The notes under the pieces were generated by a model. It was given only the letters and a program-made list of their open reading frames with translations, made no database searches and was not told the origin of the DNA. From contig CAWGVS010000005.1 of assembly GCA_963826115.1 (NCBI GenBank), forward strand, positions 288,001 to 352,000: DNA of 64,000 nt, in the 5' to 3' direction. Below are positions 18,005 through 29,024 of the stretch, piece by piece. Position numbers and translations under genes: made by a program. Origin of the DNA: an uncultured Candidatus Rokubacteria bacterium (GTDB lineage: Bacteria > Methylomirabilota > Methylomirabilia > Rokubacteriales > DASRDR01). Within the stretch, counting starts at the first letter, position 1, and the number at the start of each line of letters is the position of its first letter.

Positions 18005-19624
18005 GTGCGAGCGCGCATCCGGCCCCCGGCGCAGCGCGGGCCGCTCCTCGGTCGCCGGGCGTTCCTCGGCGGCGTTGCGGCGCTCGCGGCGTCCGGCCTC
18101 GGCGGCTGCGCGACCCCGGCGCTGCCGGACCTCGCCGGCCGGGACCCCTTCAGCCTCGGGGTGGCGTCGGGCGAGCCGGGGCCGGACGGGTTCGTCCTGT
18201 GGACCCGGCTGGCGCCGCTTCCGCTCTGGCCGGATCCGGCCGCGCCGGGCGGGCTGACGACCGGCGACGTGCCGGTGCGCTACGAGATCGCCGCCGACGC
18301 CGGCATGCGCACGATCGTCCAGTCCGGCCACGCGATCGCGGAAGCCGCCTACGCGCACTCGGTCCACGTCGAGGCGAGCGGGCTCGAGCCGGCCCGGCCC
18401 TACTGGTACCGCTTCACGCAGGGGGACGCGCGGAGCCGCGTCGGCCGCGCATGGACCGCGCCGCCGCCCGGCCAGCCGCTCCGGACACTCCGCTTCGGCT
18501 TCGTGTCCTGCGCGAACTACGAGCACGGATACTTCTCCGCCTACCGGCACCTGGCCGACGAGTCGCCGGACCTCGTGGTGTTCCTCGGCGACTACATCTA
18601 CGAGTACGTCGAGCGGGTCCGTCCCACGGTCCGGCGGCACAGCGACGGCGTCGAGGCGAAGACGCTCGCCACCTACCGGAACCGATATGCCCAGTACCGG
18701 CTCGATCCCGATCTCCAGCGACTCCACGCGGAGGTCCCGGCGCTCGTCACGTGGGACGATCACGAGGTCCAGGACGACTACGCGGACCGCTGGTCGCCGT
18801 CGTTCGACGATCCCGAGGTCTTCCTCGCGCGGCGCGCGGCCGCGTACCAGGCTTTCTACGAGCACATGCCGCTCCGTCCGAGTCGATCCCGGCCGGAGGG
18901 ACTGGCGCTCCGGATCTACGACCGCTTCGCGTACGGCGACCTGGTGGAGTTCTCCGTGCTCGACGGGCGGCAGTACCGCTCCCGCGAGGCCTGCGCGACG
19001 GTGCCGGGCTACGGGGGCGGCCACTTCGAGGCCGACGCCTGGTGCCCGGAGCGCCGGGACCCCGGCCGGTCCATCCTCGGCGCCGCGCAGGAGGCCTGGC
19101 TCTTCGACGGGCTCGCGCGCTCCCGGGCGCGGTGGAACGTCCTCGCGCAGGACGTGCTGATGGCGCAGCTCAAGCAGCGGGTGCCGCTGGTCGACATGGT
19201 CGGCCACTGGACCGACGCCTGGGACGGCTACCCGGCGACTCGCGACCGGCTCCTCGCCCGGGTGGCGGTGACCCGCGTGGCGAACCCCGTGGTGATCACC
19301 GGGGACCTCCACTCCTTCTGGGTCAACGATCTGAAACAAGACTTCAACGACCCAAGGTCTCTCACCGTCGCCACGGAGCTCGTCGGCTCGTCCGTCTCGT
19401 CCCCGGGGCCGTCGTACGAGCAGTTCATGCGCTGGATGCCCGACAACCCGCACGTGCGGTACTTCGAGAGCCGCCAGCGCGGCTACGCGATCGTCGATCT
19501 CGCGCCCGAGCGCATGGCCGCGCGCTTCCGAGCGCTGTCGGACGTCCGGGATCCGCAGGCCACGGTGTCCACGCTGCGGAGCTTCGTCGTCGAGTCCGGC
19601 CGGCCCGGCGCGGTTCCGGCCTGA
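18005..19624 (+). CDS. phoD: Alkaline phosphatase D family, Tat-exported
   Basis: RRAFL Tat motif; FSLGVASG, LGDYIYE, WDDHEV, WDGY, TGDLHS. Confidence 0.93.
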   Translation: MRARIRPPAQRGPLLGRRAFLGGVAALAASGLGGCATPALPDLAGRDPFSLGVASGEPGPDGFVLWTRLAPLPLWPDPAAPGGLTTGDVPVRYEIAADAGMRTIVQSGHAIAEAAYAHSVHVEASGLEPARPYWYRFTQGDARSRVGRAWTAPPPGQPLRTLRFGFVSCANYEHGYFSAYRHLADESPDLVVFLGDYIYEYVERVRPTVRRHSDGVEAKTLATYRNRYAQYRLDPDLQRLHAEVPALVTWDDHEVQDDYADRWSPSFDDPEVFLARRAAAYQAFYEHMPLRPSRSRPEGLALRIYDRFAYGDLVEFSVLDGRQYRSREACATVPGYGGGHFEADAWCPERRDPGRSILGAAQEAWLFDGLARSRARWNVLAQDVLMAQLKQRVPLVDMVGHWTDAWDGYPATRDRLLARVAVTRVANPVVITGDLHSFWVNDLKQDFNDPRSLTVATELVGSSVSSPGPSYEQFMRWMPDNPHVRYFESRQRGYAIVDLAPERMAARFRALSDVRDPQATVSTLRSFVVESGRPGAVPA

Positions 19625-19825
19625 CCGACGCCCGGTGACGCTCGCCCTCGGTGCGCCGCCCGCCCGCCGTCCGAGGCCGTTGCCGTACCGCCACGGGGAG
19701 CAGCCGCCCGGCGCGACGATCCTCTCCCCGTCCGACTGACCGGCCGGTCGCCACGGTCCGCCGTGGTCGACCGAGCCGGCCAGCCGGTACAGCTGACTAC
19801 CCCGGCACGCTTGCGGCCGGGGCCC

Positions 19826-20644
19826 TCACGGGTGGCTGGGTGTGTTCACCCACACGGCGTCGATCCGGGCGTCCATGGCCGCCAGGCTCGGGGTCGGACA
19901 GTTCGGCGCGAAGCTCCCCACGCGGAGCGACTTGAAGGGCTCTGCCGCGGGGTTGTGGCGGGCCTGGGGGAGGACGTCGCCGTAGTGCATGGTCTGCTCC
20001 ACGACGAATGGCCGCGTGAGCGTCCGCACGATTCGCACGACGAAGGCCCTCGCCGCGCGATCCCAGCGAAGCGTTGCGACTGCCGGCTCGCCGATCCTCA
20101 CGGTCCCGAGGTCGACGTTGTTGAAGAACCCGATGCTCGTCGACATGAACCCGCCGACGCGGAGGGAGGTGGCGGGCAGCGACGGGTCGTCCGTTCGCCG
20201 CTCGACCATGAGGTACGCGATCACGTCCTCGTCCGGGTTTCCCGTCGCCCCCGCGTTGAAGAAGGCGCCATGGACGAGCATCTGCGGGTGCGCCGCCTCC
20301 TCGGGGTTGGCCGGGCAGGCCCGGGCGCTGGCGCCCTTGACGACGAAAAGCGCGCGGATCGTCTCGATCGCCTCGGGCTCCGCGAACAGGACCTGCGACT
20401 CGGCGAACGTCACCTCGCCGGGCGGCTCCTCGGCGCCGTAGCCCCGCACCGCGAGGCGCAGATGGCCGTTCTGCACCTCGCGCGCGCAGATGGCCGTCGG
20501 CCCGCACATGGGCGGGGTGATCCACTTGTCCGGATCGATGTCGTTGCCCTGGAAGTGATCGTAGATCCGCATGCCTTCGGCGTGGGCGGGCAGCCACGCG
20601 AGGCACACCAGCAGCGCACACCCGACCGGACTCAATCGCTTCAT
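19826..20644 (-). CDS. Secreted hypothetical protein
   Basis: GGAGG SD before ATG 20644; signal peptide MKRLSPVGCALLVCLAWLPAHA; beta-rich with several Cys. Confidence 0.7.
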   Translation of the reverse strand: MKRLSPVGCALLVCLAWLPAHAEGMRIYDHFQGNDIDPDKWITPPMCGPTAICAREVQNGHLRLAVRGYGAEEPPGEVTFAESQVLFAEPEAIETIRALFVVKGASARACPANPEEAAHPQMLVHGAFFNAGATGNPDEDVIAYLMVERRTDDPSLPATSLRVGGFMSTSIGFFNNVDLGTVRIGEPAVATLRWDRAARAFVVRIVRTLTRPFVVEQTMHYGDVLPQARHNPAAEPFKSLRVGSFAPNCPTPSLAAMDARIDAVWVNTPSHP

Positions 20645-20768
20645 CGTCGCCTCCACCAGTTGATGGGTTTCGGACACGTCGCCCCGCGGCCCCTCGTGTG
20701 CCCGGCGCTCTCGGGGAACCCCCGGCCGCCCGGCGGCGGGTCGCGGCCTGGCGAACGCCAGACGGGTG

Positions 20769-20784
20769 AGCACGGGTCATGCCA
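20769..20784 (-). promoter_or_regulatory. Probable sigma54 (-24/-12) promoter
   Basis: TGGCATGACCCGTGCT (GG-N10-GC) about 125 nt upstream of ATG 20644. Confidence 0.45.
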
Positions 20785-20987
20785 CGGGGACGCCCAATGA
20801 AGTCAACAGTTTGGAGAGGCCGTGGGTCTCCCCGTAATGGGGGAACGGGTGGAGGCTCGGCGAATTGGGGGGCCGGCGTGACGGACGGCGGCGTCGGCAA
20901 TCGCCCGTCGCCGCGCGCGGCGGGCGCGGGTATCCTGGGACGGCTCGGATTCCTAGTCAGCGCGTCCTCAAAACCACAGGAGGCCTC

Positions 20988-21938
20988 GTGGAGACCGTCG
21001 GGTTGATCGGGCTCGGGAACATGGGCGGGGGCATGGCGGGGAACCTCTTGAAGGCGGGCTACCCGCTGGTGGTCCACGATCTCAGGCCGGAGGTCGTGCG
21101 GGACTTCGCCGCGCGGGGCGCGCGGCCGGCGGGCTCGGCGGCCGAGGTCGCGCGGCTCGCCGAGGTGACGCTGACGTCCTTGCCGGGCCCCAAGGAGGTC
21201 GAGGCGGTGGCGACGGGCGCCGACGGGCTCCTGGCCAGCATGCGGACGGGGAGCGTCTGGGTGGACACGACGACCAGCCGGCCGACGCTGATCCGCCAGC
21301 TCGAGCCGCGCTTCCGGGCCAAGGGCCTCCACGTCCTCGACGCGCCGGTGAGCGGGGGCAAGACCGGAGCGGCGACACGCAACCTGGCGGTGATGGTCGG
21401 CGGCGAGCGGGCCGTCTACGACCGGGTGAAGCTGGTCCTCGACGCGATCGGAGACAAGGTCTTCTACGCGGGGGCGATCGGCGCGGGCTCGGTCTGCAAG
21501 CTGGTCCACAACATGGTGGGCCACAGCGTGCGGCAGGCCGTGGCGGAGGCGCTCACGCTGGGCGTCAAGGCGGGCGTGGACGCCGAGTCGGTGTGGGAGG
21601 GCCTCCGGCGGGGCGCCCTCGGCCGGATGCACTACCTCCACGAGGGCATGCCGAAGACCGTGTTCCGCGGCGCGTACGACCCGCCGATGTTCAGCCTCGC
21701 GCTCGCTCGGAAGGACATCGGGCTCGCCACCGAGCTGGCCCGCGAGTTCGACGTGCCGCTGCCGATGACGAACCTCGCCGAGCAGATCGCCATCGAGGCG
21801 ATGAACCGCGGCTGGGGCGGGCTCGACAACAACGTCGTCTTCCGGCTCCAGGAGGAGGCCGCGCGGGTGGAGGTTCGGGCGCCCGGGATCGACCCCGCGC
21901 GCGCGGCCCGATTCATCACGACGCACCCGGACGCCTGA
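20988..21938 (+). CDS. NAD(P)-dependent 3-hydroxyisobutyrate dehydrogenase family oxidoreductase
   Basis: [23 protein letters not shown] motifs; AGGAGG SD. Confidence 0.92.
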   Translation: METVGLIGLGNMGGGMAGNLLKAGYPLVVHDLRPEVVRDFAARGARPAGSAAEVARLAEVTLTSLPGPKEVEAVATGADGLLASMRTGSVWVDTTTSRPTLIRQLEPRFRAKGLHVLDAPVSGGKTGAATRNLAVMVGGERAVYDRVKLVLDAIGDKVFYAGAIGAGSVCKLVHNMVGHSVRQAVAEALTLGVKAGVDAESVWEGLRRGALGRMHYLHEGMPKTVFRGAYDPPMFSLALARKDIGLATELAREFDVPLPMTNLAEQIAIEAMNRGWGGLDNNVVFRLQEEAARVEVRAPGIDPARAARFITTHPDA

Positions 21939-22016
21939 GACGGGACCGATGCCTCCCGCGCGACGGGGGTGCTATCCTGACGAGACGCTCGACGACGAGC
22001 GGAAGGAGCGGAGCGC

Positions 22017-22454
22017 ATGACGCACGCCGAGACGACCGGACGTCATCAGCCGGCCCGGGCCGTTCACGAGGACGAGCGCCCGTGGGAGCTGCTCCGCTGG
22101 CCGGGGCAGTGGAGCAAGATGCTCGTGCACCCGACCTCCGAGCGGCCGACGGACCCGAACGCGGGCCTCGTCCGCTACGAGCCGGGCTCGCATCATCCGT
22201 TCCACAAGCACGAGTTCGCCCAGGTCTGGTACATCGTCGAGGGCCAGTTCCGGATCGGCGAGCGCACCTACGGCCCCGGCACGATGCTCTTCTACCCGGA
22301 CCCGCACTTCGAGGACCCGCTCCAGACGGACACCGGCGGGGTCATGCTGTTCGTGCAGTACCAGGGTCCGGACACCGGGGGGCGGCCCGTCTACGACGGC
22401 CGGTTCAACATGACGGCGCGAAAGCGAATCGAGGAGGAGAACGTCGAGGCGTAG
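22017..22454 (+). CDS. Cupin domain protein (ChrR-like)
   Basis: [24 protein letters not shown] cupin motif. Confidence 0.8.
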   Translation: MTHAETTGRHQPARAVHEDERPWELLRWPGQWSKMLVHPTSERPTDPNAGLVRYEPGSHHPFHKHEFAQVWYIVEGQFRIGERTYGPGTMLFYPDPHFEDPLQTDTGGVMLFVQYQGPDTGGRPVYDGRFNMTARKRIEEENVEA

Positions 22455-22471
22455 GCCCGCGGCGTCCCGTC

Positions 22472-23572
22472 ATGGGGAACACCTTCGGCCAGCTGTTCCG
22501 GGTGACGACGTGGGGCGAGTCCCACGGCGCCGCCACCGGCGCGGTGATCGACGGCTGCCCGCCGCGCCTGCCGCTCGGCGAGGCCGACATCCAGCCGGAC
22601 CTCGATCGCCGCCGCCCGGGCCAGAGCCTCCTCACCAGCCAGCGGAAGGAATCCGACACCGTCCGCATCCTGAGCGGGGTCTTCGAGGGGCTGACTCTCG
22701 GGACGCCGATCGCCCTCGAGATCCAGAACGAGGACATGCGGCCCGGCGACTACCGCGAGATGCAGGAGAAGTACCGGCCGAGCCACGCGGACTACACGTA
22801 CGACGCGAAGTACGGGGTCCGGGACTGGCGGGGCGGGGGACGAACGAGCGCGCGCGAGACGGCGGCCCGCGTTGCGGCGGGCGCGGTGGCGCGGAAACTC
22901 CTCCACGTCCGCTGGGGCGTCGAGGTCGTGGCCTGGGTGGCCCGCGTCGGCCGCATCGCCGCCGAGTGCGACGTCGAGCGCGTGACCCGGGAGGACGTGG
23001 AGCGGACGCCGATCCGCTGTCCCGATCCCCCGGCGGCCGAGCGGATGATCGCGGCGGTCGAGGCGGCGCGGAAGGACGGCAACTCGCTCGGCGGCCTGGT
23101 GACCTGCGCCCTCCGGGGCTGCCCGCCCGGCTGGGGCGAGCCCGTGTTCGACCGGCTGGAGGCGGATCTCGCCAAGGCGGCGCTGAGTCTCCCGGCGAGC
23201 AAGGGGTTCGAGATCGGCTCCGGGTTTGCCGGGACCGAGCTCACCGGGCGCGAGCACAACGACGAGTTCTACATGGACGGCGACCGCGTGCGCACCCGGA
23301 CGAACCGGAGCGGCGGCGTCCAGGGCGGCATCTCGAACGGCGAGACGATCTACTTCCGCGTCGCCTTCAAGCCCACCGCGACGATCATGTCGCCCCAGCG
23401 CACCGTGGACGTCCGTCACGAGGACACGGTGCTCCAGGCGAGGGGGCGCCACGATCCCTGCGTCCTCCCGCGCGCCGTGCCCATGGTGGAGGCGATGGCC
23501 GCCCTGGTCCTCGCCGACCACGCGCTCCGGCAGGAAGCCATCCGCGCCGGCGCGTCCCCCCCGAAAGACTGA
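22472..23572 (+). CDS. aroC: Chorismate synthase
   Basis: [39 protein letters not shown]. Confidence 0.97.
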   Translation: MGNTFGQLFRVTTWGESHGAATGAVIDGCPPRLPLGEADIQPDLDRRRPGQSLLTSQRKESDTVRILSGVFEGLTLGTPIALEIQNEDMRPGDYREMQEKYRPSHADYTYDAKYGVRDWRGGGRTSARETAARVAAGAVARKLLHVRWGVEVVAWVARVGRIAAECDVERVTREDVERTPIRCPDPPAAERMIAAVEAARKDGNSLGGLVTCALRGCPPGWGEPVFDRLEADLAKAALSLPASKGFEIGSGFAGTELTGREHNDEFYMDGDRVRTRTNRSGGVQGGISNGETIYFRVAFKPTATIMSPQRTVDVRHEDTVLQARGRHDPCVLPRAVPMVEAMAALVLADHALRQEAIRAGASPPKD

Positions 23573-23584
23573 CGGGAGGTCTCC

Positions 23585-24805
23585 GTGCACGCCTTCCTCG
23601 CCCCGCTCCGGGGCATGGGACGGGAACGCCTGGTGTTCCTCTGGCTGGTGACCGGCGGGCACACCGCCATCCACTGGTTCCAGACGATGTTCGCGGTCGT
23701 CCTGCCGTCGGTCACCCAGGGGCTCGGACTCAACGAGGTCCAGACCGGCTACCTCCAGTCCGCCCGTCAGCTCACGTCCGGCAGCATGAACCTGCCGTTC
23801 GGCATCCTGGCGGACTCGTTCGCGCGCCAGCGCGCGGCGATCCTCGCCTCGGCGCTCTTCTTCATGGGGCTGGGCTACTTCTGCTTCGCGGCGGCGCCGA
23901 ACCTGGTCGGGGCCTTGGTGGGCGCCGCCCTCGTAGGCCTCGGCACGGCCGCGTGGCACCCGCCCGCGATGGGCGCCCTGTCGGCGCGCTTCCCCGAGCG
24001 GCGGGCCACGGCGCTGTCGATTCACGGGATGGGGGCCACCGTCTCCGACACGCTGACCCCGCTCGCGGTCGGCGCGCTGCTCGTCGCGATGTACTGGCGA
24101 GACTTTCTCCACGCGCAGCTCCTGGTGGGCGTGGTCGCAGCGGTCCTGGTGTGGCTCGGCCTGGCGCGACAGTTCACCCAGGCCACCGCGCGCCCGACCG
24201 GGCGGAGCTTCGCGGGCGACGTGCGGACGATCCTCGTCAATCCCGCGTTCCTGGCCGTGTCCTTCGCCGACGGTCTCATGGCCATGGCGCGGCAGGTCAT
24301 CCTGACGTTCTTCCCCCTGTACATCCAGATCGGCCTCGGCCGCGGGGCCTTCGAGCTCGGGGTCTACGTGGCGCTCCTCCACGGCATGGGGACGGTCTCC
24401 CAGCCGCTCCTGGGTATCCTGGCCGACCGCGTGGGGCGCAAGGCCGTGCTGGTCCCGTCGTTCCTGCTCCTGACCGTCTTCTATCTCCTCCTGGGGCGCG
24501 TCGCGCCGGGCTGGCCGCTCGGAGTCCTGGTCCTGGCGATCGGCGTGTTCTTCTACACGCTCGTGAACATCACGAGCGCGGCGGTCCTCGACGTGGCCGG
24601 CTCCCGCACGCAGTCGTCGGCGTCGGGGCTCAGCACCGCGATCACCCAGCTTATCGTGCTGCCGTCGCCCGTCCTGGCGGGCTGGCTGGTCCACCGCTTC
24701 GGGTACGGCGCGGCGTTCAACCTGGCGGCCAGCTTCATGGCCATCGGCATCCTCGTCATGCTGCCCGTCCGGCTCTACGGCGGCCAGGGCCGGGCCGCGG
24801 CCTGA
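23585..24805 (+). CDS. MFS transporter
   Basis: About 12 hydrophobic segments; GILADRVGRK motif A. Confidence 0.9.
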   Translation: MHAFLAPLRGMGRERLVFLWLVTGGHTAIHWFQTMFAVVLPSVTQGLGLNEVQTGYLQSARQLTSGSMNLPFGILADSFARQRAAILASALFFMGLGYFCFAAAPNLVGALVGAALVGLGTAAWHPPAMGALSARFPERRATALSIHGMGATVSDTLTPLAVGALLVAMYWRDFLHAQLLVGVVAAVLVWLGLARQFTQATARPTGRSFAGDVRTILVNPAFLAVSFADGLMAMARQVILTFFPLYIQIGLGRGAFELGVYVALLHGMGTVSQPLLGILADRVGRKAVLVPSFLLLTVFYLLLGRVAPGWPLGVLVLAIGVFFYTLVNITSAAVLDVAGSRTQSSASGLSTAITQLIVLPSPVLAGWLVHRFGYGAAFNLAASFMAIGILVMLPVRLYGGQGRAAA

Positions 24806-24825
24806 CCCGCGCGGAGGGAGACCCC

Positions 24826-25839
24826 ATGGAGCGTCGCGCCTTCGGAAGGACGGGCCTCGCGGTGTCGGCTCTCGGCTTCGGAAGCTGGCCGATGAGCGGG
24901 GGGAACCGCTACGGCGCGATCGAGGATGCCGAGGCGATCCGCGCGATCCACCGGGCGCTCGAGGGCGGCGTGAACGTGGTCGACACCGCGCCGGCGTACG
25001 GGTTCGGCCACGCCGAGGAGGTGGTGGGCCAGGCCCTGCGGGGACGCCGGCCGGGGGTCATCCTCGTGACCAAGTGCGGGCTCGCTTGGGATCCCGGCAG
25101 CCCCGTTATCCGTCGTGACACCTCGCCCGCGAGCCTCCGGCACGGGGTCGACCTCTCGCTCCGCCGGCTCCAGACCGACGTGATCGACGTCTACCTGATC
25201 CACTGGCCGAACGCCGACACGCCGTTCGAGGACGCCTTCGGCGCGATGGACGACATCGTCCGCGCGGGCAAGGTGCGGTTCGTCGGCGTGTCGAACTTCA
25301 CGGTGGCGCAGATGGAGGCCTGCATGCGCGTGCGCCGCGTGGACGTCGTGCAGGTGGGCTACCACCTTCTCGACCGCCGGATGGAGCAGGAGGTGTTCCC
25401 GTACTGCGCGCGTCACGGGATCGGTGTCATGGGCTACGGGCCTCTGGGCCACGGTCTGCTCACCGGCGCGTTCACGGCGACGACGCGCTTCGTGGACCCC
25501 GACTGGCGGGCGAAGGGGATTGCCTTCGGCCAGCCCATCTTCACGCCGGAGAACTTGCCGAGGAACGCGGCGGTCGTGGACCGGCTGCGACACGAGGTGG
25601 CGGAGCCGCTCGGCGTGCCGGTTAGCTACGTCGCCCTCGCCTGGGCCCTCCGGAACCCCGTCGTCACCACGGCGCTGGTGGGCGCGCGCCAGCCGTCCGA
25701 GGTCGAGGACAACCTGAGGGGCGTGCAGCTTAGCCTGTCCGCCGCCGACGTCGCGCGGATCGACGAGATCCTCCGGGACGCGGCCGGAACGATCCGTGCG
25801 TTCACGCCGCTCCGCCCGGCGATGGAGCTCTGGGAATAG
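24826..25839 (+). CDS. Aldo/keto reductase
   Basis: DTAPAYGFGHAEE, TKCG, IDVYLIHWP, GVSNF. Confidence 0.93.
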   Translation: MERRAFGRTGLAVSALGFGSWPMSGGNRYGAIEDAEAIRAIHRALEGGVNVVDTAPAYGFGHAEEVVGQALRGRRPGVILVTKCGLAWDPGSPVIRRDTSPASLRHGVDLSLRRLQTDVIDVYLIHWPNADTPFEDAFGAMDDIVRAGKVRFVGVSNFTVAQMEACMRVRRVDVVQVGYHLLDRRMEQEVFPYCARHGIGVMGYGPLGHGLLTGAFTATTRFVDPDWRAKGIAFGQPIFTPENLPRNAAVVDRLRHEVAEPLGVPVSYVALAWALRNPVVTTALVGARQPSEVEDNLRGVQLSLSAADVARIDEILRDAAGTIRAFTPLRPAMELWE

Positions 25840-26032
25840 TCTGATCGCGGGGTTGCCGGCTTCTTCTCCCCTCGGCATCGACGGGAGCCGGAGCCGGGCT
25901 GCGCCCCTGGACTGCCGGGGAGCGCTGTGGTAGCCGTGGCCGGTAGCCGGTATGACGTGGCCGGCGGCCGTGCGGACCTGAACCCTCCAGGCATGAGGGC
26001 CTCGATGGCCGTGACAGCGTGATGTCGATGCT

Positions 26033-28777
26033 GTGGGACGACCGGTGGCTGGATCCGTAGAAGCGCGCGATCCAGAGGGCTCGCCGTCGCCCGCCTCGTC
26101 TCTCGGGTGGCTGGCCGCCCTCGTCTCCTACGCGACCTACGTCGCGGGAGTTGTCCTCTTCACCTGGCCGCTTGCCCTGCATCCCGCCACTACGTGGGCC
26201 AACCACCACGACCCGCCCCTCTTCACATGGGTCATGGCATCCATGGCGCGCTGGCTGGCGGCCGGCCCTCGGACGCTCTTCGATGGGGGCGCCTTCTATC
26301 CCTACGGGGAGAGCCTGGCGTTCAGCGAGCCGCTGCTCCTGCCCGCGATCCTGGGTCTGCCGGGCTTCGCATGGGGCGACCCTATCCTCACGTACAATCT
26401 CCTGGTCCTGCTGCTGTGGCCGCTGAACGGCCTGGCGATGGCGTGGGCGGCGTGTGAGCTCACCGGCTCGCGCCGGGGCGCCTGGATCGCCGGCGCCGTG
26501 TTCAGCGTCTCCCCCTACTTCGTCCAGTACCACCTCGAGTTCAACATGCTTCCGGCCGCCCCGGTCCCAGTGGCGCTTGTCGCCTGGGTCCGGTGGCTCG
26601 AGCGCCAGGAGACGCGTTGGCTGGCTCTGGCGCTTGGCGCGCTCACGCTCCAGGGCCTCACGTCCTGGTACTACACGATTGCCACCGGGTTCGCGTTCGT
26701 GGCGCTGACGGTCGCTTACGCCTGTTTGCGCTGGCACGGGTGGCGCATCTGGCGCGACGCGGGGATGCTCGCCGTGGGCATCGTGGCCGTCGCCGCGATT
26801 CTCGTGCCTGTGGCGTGGCCGTACGTCATCGTCAAGAGCGAGCTCGGACTGGAGCGTGACATCCGAGACGTGCTAGAGCACCATGCGGACCTCCTCGGCT
26901 TCGTCGAGTCGGTGTCGCGGTTTCCCATCCCGCGGGGGCCCTGGCGCCATGAAGGCACCGAGACGTCGCCGTTCGTGGGGTTCGGCGTCATGGCTCTCGG
27001 AGCTCTCGCGCTCGCTCGCGGATGGCGCGAGGATTTCCGGTCGTCGGGCGGCCCCGCATGGCTCGCCCGTGGCGCCGGCCTGACCCTGCTCCTCACGATG
27101 GGCGGTTTCGCGGCCCTCGTCCTGCACCGTCGCCCCTTCAACCTTCGAGCCGTGGGGGTTCACCGACACCTCGGCGCCGGCATCTTCGTGACGCTCGCGC
27201 TCGCGATGGTGTTCGTTCTTCTCCTCGCGCGGGGATGGAGGGAGGCGCGGGCCCGCGCCTCGCGGCGGCTCGACGCCGGGGACTGGGCGGCGCTGCTCGC
27301 CGCACTGGCAGCCGTGTCCGTGGTGCTGGTGCTCGGTCCCGTCGTGCACGTCGCCGGCCGTTCGCTCGGCCGAGGGCCGTACGCCGAGCTCTACCGGGTG
27401 CTCTTGCCGCTGCACGCGGTGCGAATCAGCGTCCGCTTCGCCATCCTCTGGGTGGCCGCGCTCGGCCTCCTGAGCGCCTTCGGATGGCGGCGGCTGGAAG
27501 CACGGGTGCCGGGAGCTTCGCGGCGGCGGCTCTGGTTCGCCTGTGTCGTGGTGGCGCTCGTCGTCGAGTACACGATGAAGCCCATCGACATCGTGGGAAT
27601 CGAGGCCCCACGACCCGTGGATCTCGTGTTGCGCGCGGATCCCGCGGACGTCGCCGTCCTCGAGTGGCCCACCGCCGTGCCGGGCGTCGACGCCGATGCG
27701 ATGTTCCGGTCCCTGTTCCACGGCAAGCGCGTCGTGAACGGGTTCTCGGGATTCCGCGTGGAATCGCTTCACGACCTGTCGGGGCTCTTGACGAGGCCGG
27801 GCCGGCCGTTTCCGTCGGAGCGGGCCCAGGCGGCCCTGCGCGAGATCCATCCCCTGCGGTACCTCGTCGTTCGGACGGCGGCCGTCAGTCCCGCCTGGCG
27901 ATCGTCGTGGCGCGAGACGAGCGGCGCACCGCCGCCGACTCTGCGGTTCCTCGGCACGTACGACACCGAGGATCTGTATGAGGTCATCGCCGAGCCCGAT
28001 CGGGGGACGCATCTCGAGCGCCACGTGTCCGGCGGCTTCATCCGGGAGCACCCGGAGCTGGAGCTCGAGGTCGCCGCGGTCCGCGCGGCAGCCTCTTCGG
28101 GCCCGTCGCCCTTCGTGGACGTCACGCTGAACGGCGGCGCCCTTGGGCGGGTCGCCATGTCGGAGGCCGGCGTCACCCTCAAGGCGCGCGCGGATCGGCA
28201 CATCTACCGGGCGGCGCCGAATGCGTTTGCCCTCGACTATGGCTATGCCTGGCCGCTGGCCCACCTGGGAGCGCGCCACCGGATCGGGACGACGGGCGTA
28301 CTCAGCCCCGTGGATCTCCGGGTCTGGAGCAGCGGCGGCCCCTTCCGACGGCCCGGCAGCCGCATCCGGCTGAACGTCGACGAGCTGTCGCCGGACCTTC
28401 GAGGCTACAACCTGGTCGCGATAGGCGCGGACGGACACATTCTGGCGATCGCGGCGTTCGACACCTTCGGCGAGGCCGGCGCGTCGGCGAGGCTGCGGGA
28501 CTGGGTCCGCGCCCTCCCCGGCGGCACCATCGTGGCGGGGGCCGTCCGCGACGAGGCGTCGCGGCTCCTCGAGGCGGACGCGGTCGCGGCGCTCCGGGAC
28601 CTCGGGGTGGCCGGCGACCTGAGAGGCCGGTTCCGGTCTGCCCACGCGTTCGTCGGCGTCAAGGGCGCGGCGGTCGGCGCCGCGGCCGAGGCGACCGGCC
28701 CCCCCGAGGCCGAGGTGGCCATCGGGGACCCGCCGCCGGAGCCGGGCTTCACGCTCCGCCGCTTCTCTCTGCACTGA
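26033..28777 (+). CDS. Multi-pass membrane protein (YfhO/GT-C-like N-terminal region) with C-terminal ILEI/PANDER-like domain
   Basis: Many TM segments, AFSEPLL, VNGFSG; C-terminal RGYNLVAI...FDTF...IVAGAVRDEAS...FRSAHAFVGVKG; start uncertain. Confidence 0.75.
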   Translation: MGRPVAGSVEARDPEGSPSPASSLGWLAALVSYATYVAGVVLFTWPLALHPATTWANHHDPPLFTWVMASMARWLAAGPRTLFDGGAFYPYGESLAFSEPLLLPAILGLPGFAWGDPILTYNLLVLLLWPLNGLAMAWAACELTGSRRGAWIAGAVFSVSPYFVQYHLEFNMLPAAPVPVALVAWVRWLERQETRWLALALGALTLQGLTSWYYTIATGFAFVALTVAYACLRWHGWRIWRDAGMLAVGIVAVAAILVPVAWPYVIVKSELGLERDIRDVLEHHADLLGFVESVSRFPIPRGPWRHEGTETSPFVGFGVMALGALALARGWREDFRSSGGPAWLARGAGLTLLLTMGGFAALVLHRRPFNLRAVGVHRHLGAGIFVTLALAMVFVLLLARGWREARARASRRLDAGDWAALLAALAAVSVVLVLGPVVHVAGRSLGRGPYAELYRVLLPLHAVRISVRFAILWVAALGLLSAFGWRRLEARVPGASRRRLWFACVVVALVVEYTMKPIDIVGIEAPRPVDLVLRADPADVAVLEWPTAVPGVDADAMFRSLFHGKRVVNGFSGFRVESLHDLSGLLTRPGRPFPSERAQAALREIHPLRYLVVRTAAVSPAWRSSWRETSGAPPPTLRFLGTYDTEDLYEVIAEPDRGTHLERHVSGGFIREHPELELEVAAVRAAASSGPSPFVDVTLNGGALGRVAMSEAGVTLKARADRHIYRAAPNAFALDYGYAWPLAHLGARHRIGTTGVLSPVDLRVWSSGGPFRRPGSRIRLNVDELSPDLRGYNLVAIGADGHILAIAAFDTFGEAGASARLRDWVRALPGGTIVAGAVRDEASRLLEADAVAALRDLGVAGDLRGRFRSAHAFVGVKGAAVGAAAEATGPPEAEVAIGDPPPEPGFTLRRFSLH

Positions 28778-29024
28778 CCCTGGGCCGGGGGATCCTTCCC
28801 GCTCGGGGTCCGCCGGACGTTCCGGTGGGGCCGGCCGGGAGGTCGAATACTCCGTGAGATTCACGCGTTTCGGTCCATCCGACGGCGGCCGTCGGGGCCT
28901 GATCGACGCCTGCCCGGGCCCTCGCGCCGGGTGGCCGGGGCCGGATCGGCTACTATCGATGCATGGAGGCAGGTCGACCCCGCGGGGGTGCCTTGCGCGG
29001 GCCGCTCGACTCGGGGCGCGAGCC

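Noticed and set aside
19803-19817. GG-N10-GC sigma54-like motif on the plus strand
   Set aside because: It points into the 3' end of a convergent gene, with no downstream plus-strand start
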